Shown here: piece by piece, positions 1-12,574 of the stretch
Layout: every line of letters starts with the position of its first letter
How positions within the stretch are numbered: the first letter of the stretch is position 1
NCBI GenBank assembly: GCA_030264375.1
Contig: JASCQW010000184.1
Coordinates: forward strand, 6,477,523-6,541,522
Length of the DNA stretch: 64,000 nt
Reading direction: 5' to 3'
Origin: Carcharhinus longimanus
Lineage: Eukaryota
Notes under the pieces: generated by a model
What the model saw: the letters and a program-made list of their open reading frames with translations, nothing else
What the model was told of the DNA's origin: nothing
The model's database searches: none
Made by a program: the position numbers and the translations under genes

Positions 1-869
1 GGGCGGGGGGTGGTAGTTGTTTTTCTTGGTGATTGGGCACCCTTTAAAGATGGCACCCTGATTTCTGTATAGCTGAGCTTGCCAGCTCTATCAGGCCCTG
101 CCCTGCCTGTTTGATGGCACAACACATGCCCGCTGATTTTGTTTTCCTGACAAAGTTTCAGGAGACACGCTTCTGGAGAGAAACATGCCAGTTTTCAGTC
201 AGAACCTGACACTTTGCCAGTTTTTTGGAAAATTTTGCCCCCGGCCTTTAGTGAAGTAGGTTTGAGGCAGGCCAACCCAAATTACAATGATTATGGACCT
301 AGCCCAAACATTTGGCAATTTCCCTCAAAGCCACTGGGAAAGCAGATGGAAATACTGATTCAGTAGAGATGATTGTCTAGGACGAGGTAATGTGTTTGAT
401 TATTACCCCATCCACTAGCCTAACATCAACACCTTCCACCACTGCTTCAGAGCAACAGAACGATTTGGAAGGCAACAACCAATGTTTTGCCATCATAAAC
501 CCTCAGATTAAGGAAAATAATGGAGCACTTTGTTTCTTTCTTAAGTACCTGGGTCATTCATCAATCTGACCGCATTAACATGCCAGTAGTGCCTTTGGGG
601 CGAATGAATTCGGAGACAGTGAGTAATGGAGAGAGAAGCCTCACTAATTAGAATGGGCTCCACCTCAAGGCAAGCTTTTGTGTTTCTCAGTCATATTCAA
701 GAGGAATAACATTTCATTGAAATTATTGCATTTTCGATTAACAGTTCTGTTATGAATAAAAATGCCACAGGCCCCATTCTCCCATTTTTGAGGCTGAGTG
801 CCCACACTGGTGGTAAAACAAGTATGTTTGCAGTTGGCCTGGGCAGCGGCTGCCAAGTGGGATTGACCC

Positions 870-1590
870 ACCTGAAGGATGTAGATGAGCTCATTTTGGG
901 GGACACATCAGCCAGACCCACTGTTCAGAGACCAGGCCACCATTTTTAAAGGGCCCCCAATCTCCGCACTTGGGGATAGACCGCACTTCTCAGCAAAGAA
1001 TGAAATAGTGTCCTGTCCCACTTACCAGGGGAGCAATCACCAGCCTCTTATCAAAGAGGGGAATCATCCCCCTCCCAACCTACAAATAATAGGTGATCAA
1101 ATAATACACACCATGCACACATGAGGCTGACCTAACCATCACCTACCACCCGCCTCCCCAATCAGCCCTCCTCCCTCTCAGACCCCTCACTCAACATCCT
1201 TTCCCTCTCAGACCGCCCCCCCTCCCACTCAGCCTCTCTTCCTCCTCAGATGCCCCATTCAGCCCCAACCATCTCAGGACCCATGCCTCCCCCCACACAC
1301 GTACGCCCACCCTCTTCCTCTTCCATCAGATCTCCCACTCAGCCCCCCTTCAGACCATGCATCTTTGTAGCGGTCATTGTGAAGTGTCCCTGGCACCTTG
1401 GCCCTCAGGAAACTCAAGGAGGTCGATCCATTTGTGTCTCTGCTGATGCCAGGCTACAGAGCAAGGGTCTCTCAGAGTCCCTGAAGGATTGGGTGGGCGC
1501 AAGGCAAGGGACTAACCTCACTACTCTCTGCCGGGATGGAGGTGTTTTGGTTAGACTGCCCCTTCCAGCCCTGGCATGGTGATTTCATGG
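870..1590. repeat. GC-rich interspersed repeat with C-rich internal tandem motifs (probable non-autonomous DNA element)
   Basis: Repeated ccctctcagaccc/ccactcagccc units at about 1150-1355. Similar GC-rich islands at 1-240, 13690-14270 and 18380-18960. Confidence 0.4.
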
Positions 1591-1680
1591 AGCAGAGATG
1601 CCAGCGTTAGACTGGGTGTGCACAGTAAGAAGTCTCACAACACCAGGTTAAAGTAAAACAGGTTTATTTGGTAGCAAAAG

Positions 1681-1718
1681 CCACTAGCTTTCAGAGCTCT
1701 GCCCCTTCATCAGGCAAA
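1681..1718 (-). ncRNA. Minimal hammerhead ribozyme motif in the left Penelope arm
   Basis: Minus strand CTGATGA-A-GGGGCAGAGCTCT-GAAA-GCTA-GTGG. Confidence 0.55.
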
Positions 1719-2740
1719 TGGGAGCTCTATTCACAAACAGGGCATATAAAGACACAAACTCAATTTACAAAATAATGGTTGGAATGTGAGTCTTTACAAG
1801 TAGTCAAGTCTTAAAGGTACAGACAATGTGAGTGGAGAGACCATTAAGCACAGGTTAAAGAGATGTGTATTGTCTCCAGACAGGACAGTTAGTGAGATTT
1901 TGCAAGTCCTGGCAAGTTATGGGGGTTACAGATAGCGTGACATGAACCCAAGATCCCGTTGAGGCAGTCCTCGTGTGTGCGGAACTTGGCTATTAGTCTC
2001 TGCTCAGTGACTCTGTGCTGTCGTGTGTCATGAAGGCCACCTTGGAGAACTCTTACCCGAAGATCAGAGACCAAATGCCCGTGACCGCTGAAGTGTTCCC
2101 CAACAGGGAGAGAACAGTCTTGCCTGGTGACTGTCGAGCGGTGTCCACTCATCCGTTGTCACAGCGTCTGCATGGTTTCCCCAATATATCAAGCCTCAGG
2201 ACATCCTTTCCTGCAGCGTATTAGGTAGACAACGTTGGCCGAGTTGCAGGAGAATGTACCGTGTACCTGGTGGATGGTGTTCTCACGTGAGACGCTACGA
2301 CAACGGATGAACAAACACTGCTCGATAATCACCAGGCAAGACTGTTCTCTTCCTGTCGGCAAACACTTCAGCAGTCAAGGGCATTCGGCCTCTGATCATC
2401 GGGTAAGCGTTATCCAAGGCGGCCTTCACGGCACACTACAGCGCAGAGCCACTGAGCAGAGACTAATAGCCAAGTACTGCACACATGAGGACGGCCTCAA
2501 CGGGATCTTGGGTTCATGTCACACTATCTGTAACCCCCCTGACTTGCCTGAACTTGCAAAATCTCACTAACTGTCCTGTCTGGAAACAATACACATCTCT
2601 TTAACCTGTGCTTAATGCTATCTCCACTCACATTGTCTGTACCTTTAAGACTTGATTAGCTGTAAAGACTCACATTCTAAATCAGTATTCTGTAAACTAT
2701 GTGTGCCTTTATATGCCCTGTTTGTGATCAGAACTCCCCA

Positions 2741-2778
2741 CTTACCTGATGAAGGAGCAGCATTCCGAAAGCTAGTGG
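2741..2778 (+). ncRNA. Minimal type I hammerhead ribozyme motif in Penelope pseudo-LTR
   Basis: CTGATGA-A-GGAGCAGCATTCC-GAAA-GCTA-GTGG: intact CUGANGA/GAAA core, imperfect stem II, palindromic AGCT stem III and short stem I. Minimal hammerheads are known from Penelope-like elements. Confidence 0.6.
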
Positions 2779-4779
2779 CGTTCATTACCAAATAAACCTG
2801 TTGGACTTTAACCTGGTGTTGTGAGCCTTCTAACTGAAGCATTACATCCTTACTTTAATGTTCAATTCCTCTCATAAGGATAGCATTCCATTAGCCTTCA
2901 TAATTACTTGCCATAACTACATACAAACCTTTTGTGATTCATGTACTAGAACGAGATCTCTCTGCACTTCAGAATTCTGCAGTTGTTCTTTGTTTAAATA
3001 ATGCTTTTTTTTTAATGCTTCCTGCCAAAATGAAAATTTTCACATTTTCCCACACTATATTCCATTTGTCAGATTTTTCCCCCACCCACCCATCCCATCT
3101 ATACCCCTCTGCAACCTCCTTAGATCCTCTTCACAATATACTTTACTATCTATCTTTGTGTCGCTTGTAAATTTAGCTACCGTGCCTTCAGTCCCTCATC
3201 CAAGTAATTGATATAAATTGTAAAATGTTGAGGTCCACGCACAGACCCCTGTGAGACTCCTCATTAAAACATGCCAATCAGAAAGGCCCATTAATATGTA
3301 CTCTGTTCCTTGCTACCAGCCAGCCAATTTTCTATCCATGCGAAGGGATTACCTTTCCCCATTCCCTTCCTTCTAAGATGCACAAATACATCTTCAATTC
3401 ATTTTTGGAATATGAGAAAATGGTATCAATTCCCCAGTCTCTGAGGAATTAAAGCAGTCAGCAAGTCACCTTTTATATCCATTCAAAATAATTTTAATTT
3501 TTAAAAAGGAAAGGCTTTTAAATCCAGGAGAGAGAGATCTCAGGAGGGATGTTCACTAGTCGTATCTACTTCTAAGGAAAGTAAAACAAAGGGTTACAAC
3601 AGATTGTCCATGCTCATTTCAGCCCATTTAATATATGGTTTTGTTCTACCTGAGGAATGCTGATGATTTTTTTAAAACAATTTTGTGATTCTGTATTCAA
3701 AAGGGTATTAGAAGATTACTTGAATAGAAACAAAGTTCAGGGGTAAGGGGAAAGGGGAAAGGCAAGGGAATGGCACCATGTCATGATTTGTTTTGGAAAG
3801 CTGGTACTGGTGCAGGCACAATGGGCCAAATGGCTTCCTCCTGTGCCATAACAATTTTGTGATGCTGCTGAAGCACGATGGTGAGAGAGCAGAATTGGTG
3901 TCAGTTGCCAAATTACTCAAGGAAATACATGATTGAGAAAACTTCCTTAAGAATTCCTGCTCAAAGTAGAAATGGTTAGCACTGGTAGGTACTTTTGGAT
4001 ATCCTAAGGATGTGATCAGACATTGTTTGGTCACAAACCCTTTCTTTTCTTAAACCTTGCAATACCAGTCCAAGTTACAGCAATTAAAGACTTAGACCTT
4101 TTCTTTTGCATGTTAAAAGGAAAAAGGACAGGGTATTGTGCTACTCCTATCAAGTACACAGTCAGATGACTTCACGCTACCGTATCAGGTCACATTGCTA
4201 GGTTTGCACACAGCAAGGTTCCACAAAACCTACTGCTATTAATTTCCAACTGACATACAAATGTTCCTATCTTTGGCAGGAGAAGGAACAAGCATTCATC
4301 CATGTCAGTTTTCTTGAGAAAACCAGATGCAAACTACTAGAGAATTTTTGAAATGATTACTGCATTCAATCACCACATAACAGACATCTGTTGCTATGTA
4401 ACCATATTTCATCTAAATTGTTTGACTCAGATCCATATTATCCTTAGCCGGCAAGTTGAAAGCAACAATCTGTAAAAGGCTCTTCAGGCTACTACATCTT
4501 AATCCAGTATAACATACAAAAGAAAGCTACAAAGGTTTAAAAATTAGTTGCTATGAAATGCCTTGTTGAATTATTTTTAATGAAAAAGATCAGGAAATCT
4601 GCTGACAACGATGGGCTGAATTCCTGATAGGCAGATTTCCTCATCATAGGCTAATTAAAAATCTAATTTCATCAACCACCATTTTCTGATAATGCACTGA
4701 GAATTCTAAAATCACTGAACATTCTTGACATTGGCTTGTATACTAAATATGGTAAGCTAAACATACAAAATATTGCTAC

Positions 4780-4859
4780 CTTTTCCTTTATATTGTCATT
4801 GGATCCTCCCTGGGCCATCACTGCTTTGAATCGGGTGTCAAACATGACTCCAGTGGGAT
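4780..4859 (-). CDS. SPATS2/SPATS2L: SPATS2-family protein, second coding exon (D)PTGVMFDTRFKAVMAQGGSNDNIKEK
   Basis: Acceptor ctcttcctaaacag|AT and donor AAG|gtagca. The exon is 80 nt, and its phase joins exactly with the phase-1 start exon (G|AT = Asp). It aligns without gaps to recalled human SPATS2 DSSGFIFDLQSNTVLAQGGAFENMKEK and, over the last 13 aa, to SPATS2L MAELNTHVNVKEK. Confidence 0.9.
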
Positions 4860-5159
4860 CTGTTTAGGAAGAGATTTACAGAATTATTTCACTTATATAT
4901 GTTCTCACTGGAATTCTAACATTTCAATCGACACAGTTTATACAGTAAGAGCAGCTGTCACAATTATCAGTAAACTACATTTTAGTGCCTGTTCCGGATT
5001 CAAACAAGATTAAAATTTATTTTCTTTCAAATCTAACTTTTTTAGATACAAGATGCTGTGAAGAGACTTTATTTCTTTAGTGTAACACAGATGACACTTT
5101 CTTTATAATCTCCTTGATAAGGGCACTCCAAGAAAAAGTTAGCTGAACTACAGAAAGCA

Positions 5160-5455
5160 AAAGGAGAATTTTGAAATATGCTTCTCCGCCTTATAAATGT
5201 TTCCAATGCAATGAGAACTACATTAAGTGTGAAATATTTGAGGGTACAAATGAATCAGCTGCTGGGTTTGGCAAAGGGAGACAGATTCTTTTCAAGTTCC
5301 TTCTGGTGACCTTGTTTGAGTCTTGTGAACTCCGATGTGAAGGCCTTTCTTTATTGGACAGATCATGGTTTATGCGATTGATCATATTAACAATCATGCC
5401 TGGATAACTTTTCAAGTACTGCTGCTCCTTCTCAAAAGCTTTGACATCGAGTCAA
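5160..5455 (-). mobile_element. Degenerate Penelope-like ORF fragment (RT-to-endonuclease linker)
   Basis: KAFEKEQQYLKSYPGMIVNMINRI resembles the E..YL..F..NGYP...I.R linker motif; weak. Confidence 0.3.
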
Positions 5456-6299
5456 GTTGTTTTGTATATGCATTGTCCCCAGCAAAATATTCAGCAAAGT
5501 AGTCCTAGTTGTGACTAACTTCCATTAAAGCAGAGTGTGCAACTCAGTGAATGCCCAATAAGGGGTCCTCTCCTGTTTGGCTACTTAGAGAAGTCTTCAG
5601 TAATCTTTAGATGAAATTAAAAAGGGCTAGATTTCAGCCAAGAGGATCTCAAAAACAATTGAGAACAATGTTGTACAATTTTATAACTCCGAAGAAACAC
5701 GTCAAGTTGAAAACAGTTTTCTATTTGTTGCTTATACAACATTGCTCAAGTGACCGAGTGTTTGATTGATGCTGTTGTGTTTCTTTTAATATGGCCAATA
5801 ATTCGTTTTCAGCTTTGTAGAAGAGCCATAGTGGAATAAACATTATAAAGTGCATATCTTAATGTAAAATCTAAATGTACAGCTTTAAGGTTTAAATAGA
5901 ACACACTGTATAGTAGTCCTCAGTATGAGGGAACACAAGGTCATGATCTTTGAATGTAATAATCCTGCAGCCAATATTAAAAAATCACATTAGAGCATTG
6001 CACAAGTTACATAGAGAAGTTATTTTGCAGAGATGCAAAGTGCAGAGCACACCAGTTAATGTGAACATTTTGCTAAATAAATCTTTTAACATTACTAATC
6101 ATTACCCAAAATCGTGGGACAGTCAGGAGTATAGTAACTTAGCTTGGGGCTGTGAACATATTTTTCTCTTGTCATTAATCTGCCTCCTTTAGGCATTTGT
6201 ATATCTCACATAACTATACCAAATTCTTAAAAGCTGCTGTAGGCAAGGAAAGGAGGAAGTGAATGGTCTTAGTGCCAGGATCCAACATCTGCCCAGAAA

Positions 6300-6760
6300 C
6301 TACCTCTTCTGAGGTTGAATGGAATCTTATTTGAGGCACCTATTCCACTTTTCTCAAGATTACAGTTGTTTCTGTCCATAAGAACACCCGAAGAGATGAA
6401 AATAGAGGAATCACACCAACATATTAGGTTCCACTTTACATCAGATTGTACAATATCATAAGGCTTAGAAGAAAGCCAATTATATAGCTTTGATTGCTGC
6501 AAGACTTTGGCCCATGCCTCCTGTGGTCCTGAAAGAAGTTAATTAGGAGTACAAGATTAAATGTTGGATTTTATCTGGGGTCCATTAACCAGGTCTGAGA
6601 TCTATTGATAGCTATGTAGAAAACTCATTCACTGACCCTATCCATCTCAAGAGAGTGAGGCAAGGCTGTCCACCGACACCCATCTCATTCAATTTCGATA
6701 TTAATAATGCAGTAGATGGCATCAGTATGGATGGCCTTGGAGTGTCTGGTCCAGTCACTT
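6300..6760 (+). mobile_element. Degenerate non-LTR reverse transcriptase fragment (non-CR1)
   Basis: FTDPIHLKRVRQGCPPTPISFNFDINN corresponds to the RT motif GVRQGCPLSP.LFN..I. Confidence 0.6.
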
Positions 6761-7769
6761 GATACTATGGTTCGTTTTGCAGAGCTTTGCTCATTCACAT
6801 GACATTTTTCTGCCTTTTATCTTAATGGACATGACAACCTAATTGTCGTTTACAGACAAACACCTGTGTATAAACAGTCAATAGAAGAATGTCACATGAA
6901 CATGGTAACCATCGATCCAGCAAAATTAACAGGAACGTTTAGGATTCAATCTTCAAAAAAATGTATTCACAAATTACAGGCAGCACACATTAAGGCTAAA
7001 GAGGGAGGGAGAGGGCTGAAAGGTGAAAGGACCACAAGAAGTAAATGAAAGCACCATATTATGTCCACCTTCCTGCATCATGTTTTAGCTCCTGCTTGGG
7101 TGAATTTAGAATTTATCCAACACAAAATGGTTCTAAAGTTTGTAACTTATGGCATCACTCATGAATATAAATCCCAAGTATTAAGTTAGCTGGATGATGA
7201 GACATCTTACTCAAGAATATATGAAGAGGAGGTTGGTGAGGGCATGCTTTACAAATTGAGTAGCTCCAAATCAGTGGCCCATCAGAACCAAGAAAAATTA
7301 AGATACAAATCAAGGAGTCATAGCCCAATACTCAGCAACATTTTACAAGATGCAATCAATTTTCATCTGAAGTATGGTTTCAAAAATAAGCCATACTTTC
7401 TACATCTATTCAAATAATTTGAGAATGTAACTTTAAGTTAGGAGACATTGCATTCTCAATGGACACATACATTTGGATTTTCATGAAATATCAGCATTGA
7501 TCTTAAAATGTAAAAGATACATAGAATGAATAATAGAATTACTGTATTCAAAACTAGTTTTAGCAATAGAACATAAGAACATAAGAAATAGGAGGAGTAG
7601 GCCATCTGGCCCTTCGAGCCTACCCCGCCATTCAATAAGATCATGGCTGATCTGTCGTGGCTCAGTTCCNNNNNNNNNNNNNNNNNNNNNNNNNNNNNNN
7701 NNNNNNNNNNNNNNNNNNNNNNNNNNNNNNNNNNNNNNNNNNNNNNNNNNNNNNNNNNNNNNNNNNNNN

Positions 7770-7894
7770 AGTCAGTGTGTGTGGGACCCGTACCCCAGTG
7801 AGAGTCAGTGTGTGTGGGACCCCAGTGAGAGTCAGTGTGTGTGGGAACTGTACCCCAGTGAGAGTCAGTGTGTGTGTGTGTGTGTGTGTGTGTG
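7770..7894. repeat. ~32-bp minisatellite (gagagtcagtgtgtgtgggacccgtaccccagt) running into (GT)n
   Basis: Three to four visible tandem units directly after a gap. Confidence 0.9.
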
Positions 7895-7959
7895 TTGCTG
7901 TGGGAGATATAATGGGTTCATTGTGTTAAGGGTGTGATGTGAAATTGAAGCAAAACCAC

Positions 7960-8683
7960 AATTTTTGCTTTTAACTCTCACCTTTCCTTCACTGAAGCTG
8001 TCAATTCTCGCTGGGAATCCGGCCTGTCTGTCACTCAGTGGAACCTCAGCCATTATTCCTTTGCAATCTCAGTGAAGGCTGCATTTTCCCGCCTCTGTAA
8101 CATTGCTGGGATCCATTCCCGTCTCCGTTCCTCTCCTGGTCTTTACTACCTCAAAGCCTGAATATTCCAAAGCTCCCTCAGTCAGCCTGCCACATTCCAC
8201 CCTGTGTAAACGTGATGGTTTCAATATTTCTGCTGCCTTTGTCCCAGTTCATGTGAAATGCCTTCACCCTGGTGCTGGTTCACCTACACTTGCTTTAGCA
8301 AAGGTTGTATTTTAAAATTCTCATCCTTATTTGTAAATCTCTCCATGACCTCGCCCCTCTGTCTCTTTGTAACCCCCTCTAGCCTCACTACCCTCTGAGA
8401 TTTCTGCATTTTCTCATTCCAGTCTCCTGAGATTCCTGGTCCGATTATCCCACCACTGGCAGACTTGCCTTTAGCAGCCTGGGCCCCAAGCTCCGGAATT
8501 CCCTTCCTAAACTCCCCACCTCAGTTCCCTCCTTTAAAACACTCCTTCAAACCTTCCCTTTGCCCAAACTATTCATCACCTGCTCGAACATCTCCTTTTG
8601 ATTTGATCTGATTAGGCTCCTATGAAGAATGCGTGGATGCTTTTACAATACTTAAAGGCGCTACATAAATGCAAGTTGTGGTT
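7960..8683 (+). mobile_element. L2-like LINE 3' fragment
   Basis: Pyrimidine-rich body ending in ttaaaggcgctacataaatgcaagttgtggtt, a typical L2 tail. Minus-strand relatives at about 30110-30330 and 37930-38360. Confidence 0.6.
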
Positions 8684-8811
8684 AACCTGATGAAGGGGCT
8701 GTGCTCTGTAAGCTCGCGCTACCAAATGAACCTGTTGGACTTTAACCTGGTGTTGTGAGATTTCTTAATGGGGGAAGAGGCAATAGAATTCATGAGTTAA
8801 AACCCTATCAT

Positions 8812-9112
8812 GGTGGCGCAGTGGCACAGTGGTTGGTCCTGCTGCCTCACAGCACCAGGGACCCGGGTTCGATTCCACTCTTGGGTCACTGTCTGTGTGG
8901 GGTTTGCACATTCTCCCCGTGCCTGCGTGGGTTTCCTCCCACTCTTCATGGAGACGTGCATTAGGTGGATTGGCCATGTTAACTTGCCCGTTAGTGTCAG
9001 GGGGAATTAGCAAGGTAAACACAGGGATAGGGCATGGATGGGATTGTGGTTGGTGCAGACTCAGTGGGCCGAATGGCCTCTTTCTGCCCTATCGGGATTC
9101 TGTGGTTCCGTG
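8812..9112 (+). mobile_element. HE1-type tRNA-derived SINE
   Basis: A box tggcacagtgg, B box gggttcgattcc, V-domain tttgcacattctccccgtg, CR1-like tail gggccgaatggcct. Confidence 0.9.
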
Positions 9113-9683
9113 GAAATTGAATTTGGCGAAGGTGCTGATTACTCACGGTGAACAGTTAACGTATCTGTTGCTGAAACGTTGAACTGCGTAGCCAGGGTAA
9201 GATGGCAGTTGTATTATTGTGTGACTGGAGCATCATGTGGACCAAGTTCTGGAAAAGGATAGCAACAAATTACTTACAATAATCCTGATAGCTGTTTATC
9301 TCCAAGTTTTTTTACAAACCGTATATTTGCTTCAACCTTGGTGGAATTTAATCTCACAATCTCTGCGTTACTGTCCAACGATATACCCATCACACTAACC
9401 AATCCCTATTGGTCCATATCAGATAAATCACTTCCATTGCTGCACCCTGACCTCTCGGTCACTTGCTCTTCTGTAACTTTCTCCCATCAACAATATTTAC
9501 TTTGTTGCCTATTAACCTGTGAACACTGAGATTCTGTTCTGCATTCCTCCCTCAGTCACTGACTGTCCCCACTCACACTGTCGGACACTTGGAGAGCAGG
9601 TTAGGTGTAAAGATTCACATTCTAATCAGTAATCTGTAAACTGTCTGTGCTTTATCTGCTCTGTCTGAGGCCAGAACTCTCCA

Positions 9684-9720
9684 TTCACCTGACGAAGGGT
9701 CAAACCCGAAAGCTTGTGAG
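9684..9720 (+). ncRNA. Minimal hammerhead ribozyme motif, best-preserved copy
   Basis: TTCAC-CTGACGA-A-GGGT-CAA-ACCC-GAAA-GCTT-GTGAG: perfect stem II, 5-bp stem I with one G-U pair, palindromic AGCT. Confidence 0.65.
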
Positions 9721-11250
9721 TTTACTATCAAATAAATCGGTTGGACTTAAACCTGGTGTTGTCAGACTTTTTACTGTGCCTACAGCTGAGCAACAGGGGG
9801 CAAACCTTGCACCTGATGAAAACCTCAATTGTCAACTGAAGATCGAGGTAGTAGTGCAAAAGTTGGAATGGAATAATGATGAATCTCAGAAAAGGTAGTA
9901 AATTTTGGAGAAGTGCACACCAAGACAATCCTGCCCACATATCCCATAGTACAACAACTTCAAAACTTTGAGCCCCCCTCGATTGTAACTTTACAAAATT
10001 CACAAGCTTTACACCATTTTGGTATGAAATCTTAATCCCTGCTGCAGATAAAGACTGCTCAACAAAATCAGGTCTGTACCAGTTTAATCAGGTCTGTGGC
10101 AACACATCACTTGGATAGAATGCAGGGCATCAGCTTTGTAACAGTGTCAGGAAACAGAACCTTCCAGAATCACCAATTTCTACAAGTTATTGCATTTCTA
10201 AAAATCACTATGGTCAAATTCAGGAGACATCAGTCTTTCATATAACCAAAGGGCACTAATATTTATAACATTCAACATTTATACAATAAAAACATTATGT
10301 TGCATCTTATTTTTGGTAAATTATAAGGGAAGTCTGCAGAAACTTGGGTTTACCAGTCTGAAAGCAGGCATCTGATCTTAAGAACTATACAAGATTGTTA
10401 AGGAAATGCAAAGAGATAAGCTTCAAGTTAAACAGTAAGGTAAGGCGACTTACATTCAAACTAGCAAAAATGTAAATTTAGAATTGATCTCAGGAAATTA
10501 CTCGTCACACAAAGGGAAATGGATATATGGCATAAGCTCTGGAATCTCTTTTCATCAGATTTTTCCAAATGAGAGAGACTTTATGAATTTTCTGGACGGT
10601 TGAACAAAAAAAAAAATAGGTCAAATAACCTTAGTACCAATGAAATAAAATCATGTTTATTCTGTCACACTGAATAACGTCAACAGAATAAACAGAGTTA
10701 ACAGAATACGGACAGAAAAGGGACAATCAAATGACGCAATGAAGACTACAAGTTATTGAATATATACAGCTTTCTGCCAAGTTTAGAGCAAAAGCATCTT
10801 TGGCCAGCAGAAACATTTTAATGGAAGGAACATGGTGCAAGCATAAAAAAAAATTTCTACCAAGGGAAAATATAAAAGGATTAAATTCAAAAAGTTCCTT
10901 TATTTCCAAAAACTGCACATTCAAATTTACTTTTTCTGATGAAACAGATGCTTTCCTGGTAACTCTAGAATATGCCTTTCTGAACAGCTCCATAGAAGCT
11001 TCATATTCTAACACTTTGCATTGTGTAGACGTTTTGGAACAGACTCTGGGTATATTCCAAATTTTGCATTATAGCTATGCACTTTAGTTCCTGTTTGGCC
11101 TGTCTTGAATGTTTGTACTTAAGATTTGTCACATTGCCAACAAGGATATTGTAATCCCCTTGCTCCGAAGGAAAGGCATTGTATGGGCTCATCATTCTAG
11201 CCATAAATGTTTGGTTATTCACTGCTGTGCGCTTTAGAATCTGGGTCTTT

Positions 11251-11565
11251 CATCGAAATCATAGAATCCTACAGTGCAGAAGGAGGCTGTTCAGCCCATC
11301 AAGTCTGCACCAACAATAATCCCACTCAGGCCCTATCCCCGTAACTCCACACATTTACCCTGCTAATCCCTGTAATATAAGCATACCAGTAAACTAAGGG
11401 GCAAGTTAGCATGGCCAATCAACCTAACCTGCACATCTTTGGACTGCGGGAGGAAATGCAGTCACAGGGAGAATATGCAAACTCCACACAGTGACCCAAG
11501 CCGGGAATCAAACCCAGGCCCCCAGAGCTGAGAGGCAGCAGTGCTAACCACTGTGCCATCATGCC
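11251..11565 (-). mobile_element. HE1-type SINE
   Basis: Reverse complement of the same head, body and tail. Confidence 0.9.
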
Positions 11566-12574
11566 ATCCATGAATGAACGGCAAACACAAGCCTACCAAC
11601 AACTGAATTACACACAACTGTGCATGCCCCACAACTTCCATGGCTCCAAAATGTTGAAAAATGGCTTGTGCAACAACAAACCAATCTGATCTAAAGATAA
11701 AAATCCAAATGGCATTTCCAGTTACCAGTAAATAACAAAACATTAAAAATACTTTTTGCAAGCAGCTTTAACATACATCAACTGAACCTTCCTAATTAGT
11801 GTTACCACAACAAGTTATGCCATTATTACAAATTACTAGTACTGTTATATGCTTATTGAACTATATTCTCATCCAGCTGGTCTTTTCCACAAATTCTTTG
11901 GCAATGTCAAGAACAGACAGCCCAATTATTTCTTCAGTGATTCCTGTTGTCCACTATATGGCTGCAGCATAAAGGCGAAATGCATTTCACATTAGTTCAT
12001 GAGGCAACTCCAATAGCCATCACACCAAAGCAATTGTTAGGAGTTTTCTAGTTTGAATGATACAAAGACGTCCATAACCCAGGACTTCAACATGGGAAGG
12101 GAGGAGAGAGATAAATTTGGCACATGTGGAATAGAAGGAACCAATGACCAACCATTCCATTACAAAACACAATACCGTACTGTGGCATGGAAACTCAATG
12201 ATCATGGTTTCTCCCCCAAACATAATGAGTTATGATACAAAAGAATAGCATCAGGGTTGGTCAAAGATGACTGCATATCCAGATAAATGACTGATAATCA
12301 CAACATTGTGAAATGTCATCAGTGTCTCTGCAAAATTGCTCTATGACGTCTGAAAAAGAGCTATTCTATTGCACACTGTCAATAGTCACCTCCCTTTTCA
12401 AATACAGCAAACAAAAATGAACTTCTGTTACAGACCTTTATCCTGTTATCAAAATTCCCCAGCTGTTTAGAGGCAAGGCTAAAAATAACACACCCATATG
12501 TTAGCAATAGAAGCATCCACCTAGCAACCAGGACAACCACCACACTACCTGTTTTGAGGTGTTCCATAAACATC

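Larger units (their letters stand above)
1597..2836. mobile_element. Penelope-like retroelement remnant, two arms in inverted orientation, GIY-YIG endonuclease C-terminus plus pseudo-LTRs
   Basis: Left arm (minus) encodes NVVYLIRCRKGCPEA*YIGETMQTL*QRMSGHRS (GIY-YIG). Right arm (plus) encodes ETLRQRMNKHCSIITRQDCSLPVGKHFS. Both end in the same terminal sequence (aataaacctgttggactttaacctggtgttgtgag). Junction is near 2290. Confidence 0.9.
8686..9783 (+). mobile_element. Penelope-like remnant(s): two same-orientation pseudo-LTR ends with an HE1 SINE between them
   Basis: Terminal motif ggactttaacctggtgttgt at about 8737-8760 and 9742-9765, each preceded by a hammerhead-like core. Confidence 0.6.

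Noticed and set aside
7770-7894. Repeat array superficially like CRISPR
   Set aside because: No unique spacers and a eukaryotic context; it is a minisatellite.
8812-8885. tRNA-like A/B boxes
   Set aside because: These are SINE heads followed by the HE1 body, not tRNA genes.
11600-11670. FG..VVGHA resemblance to the GHP motif of mononegavirus L proteins
   Set aside because: Too short, the key Pro is absent and the downstream motifs do not follow in order. It is kept only as part of the unassigned fossil.
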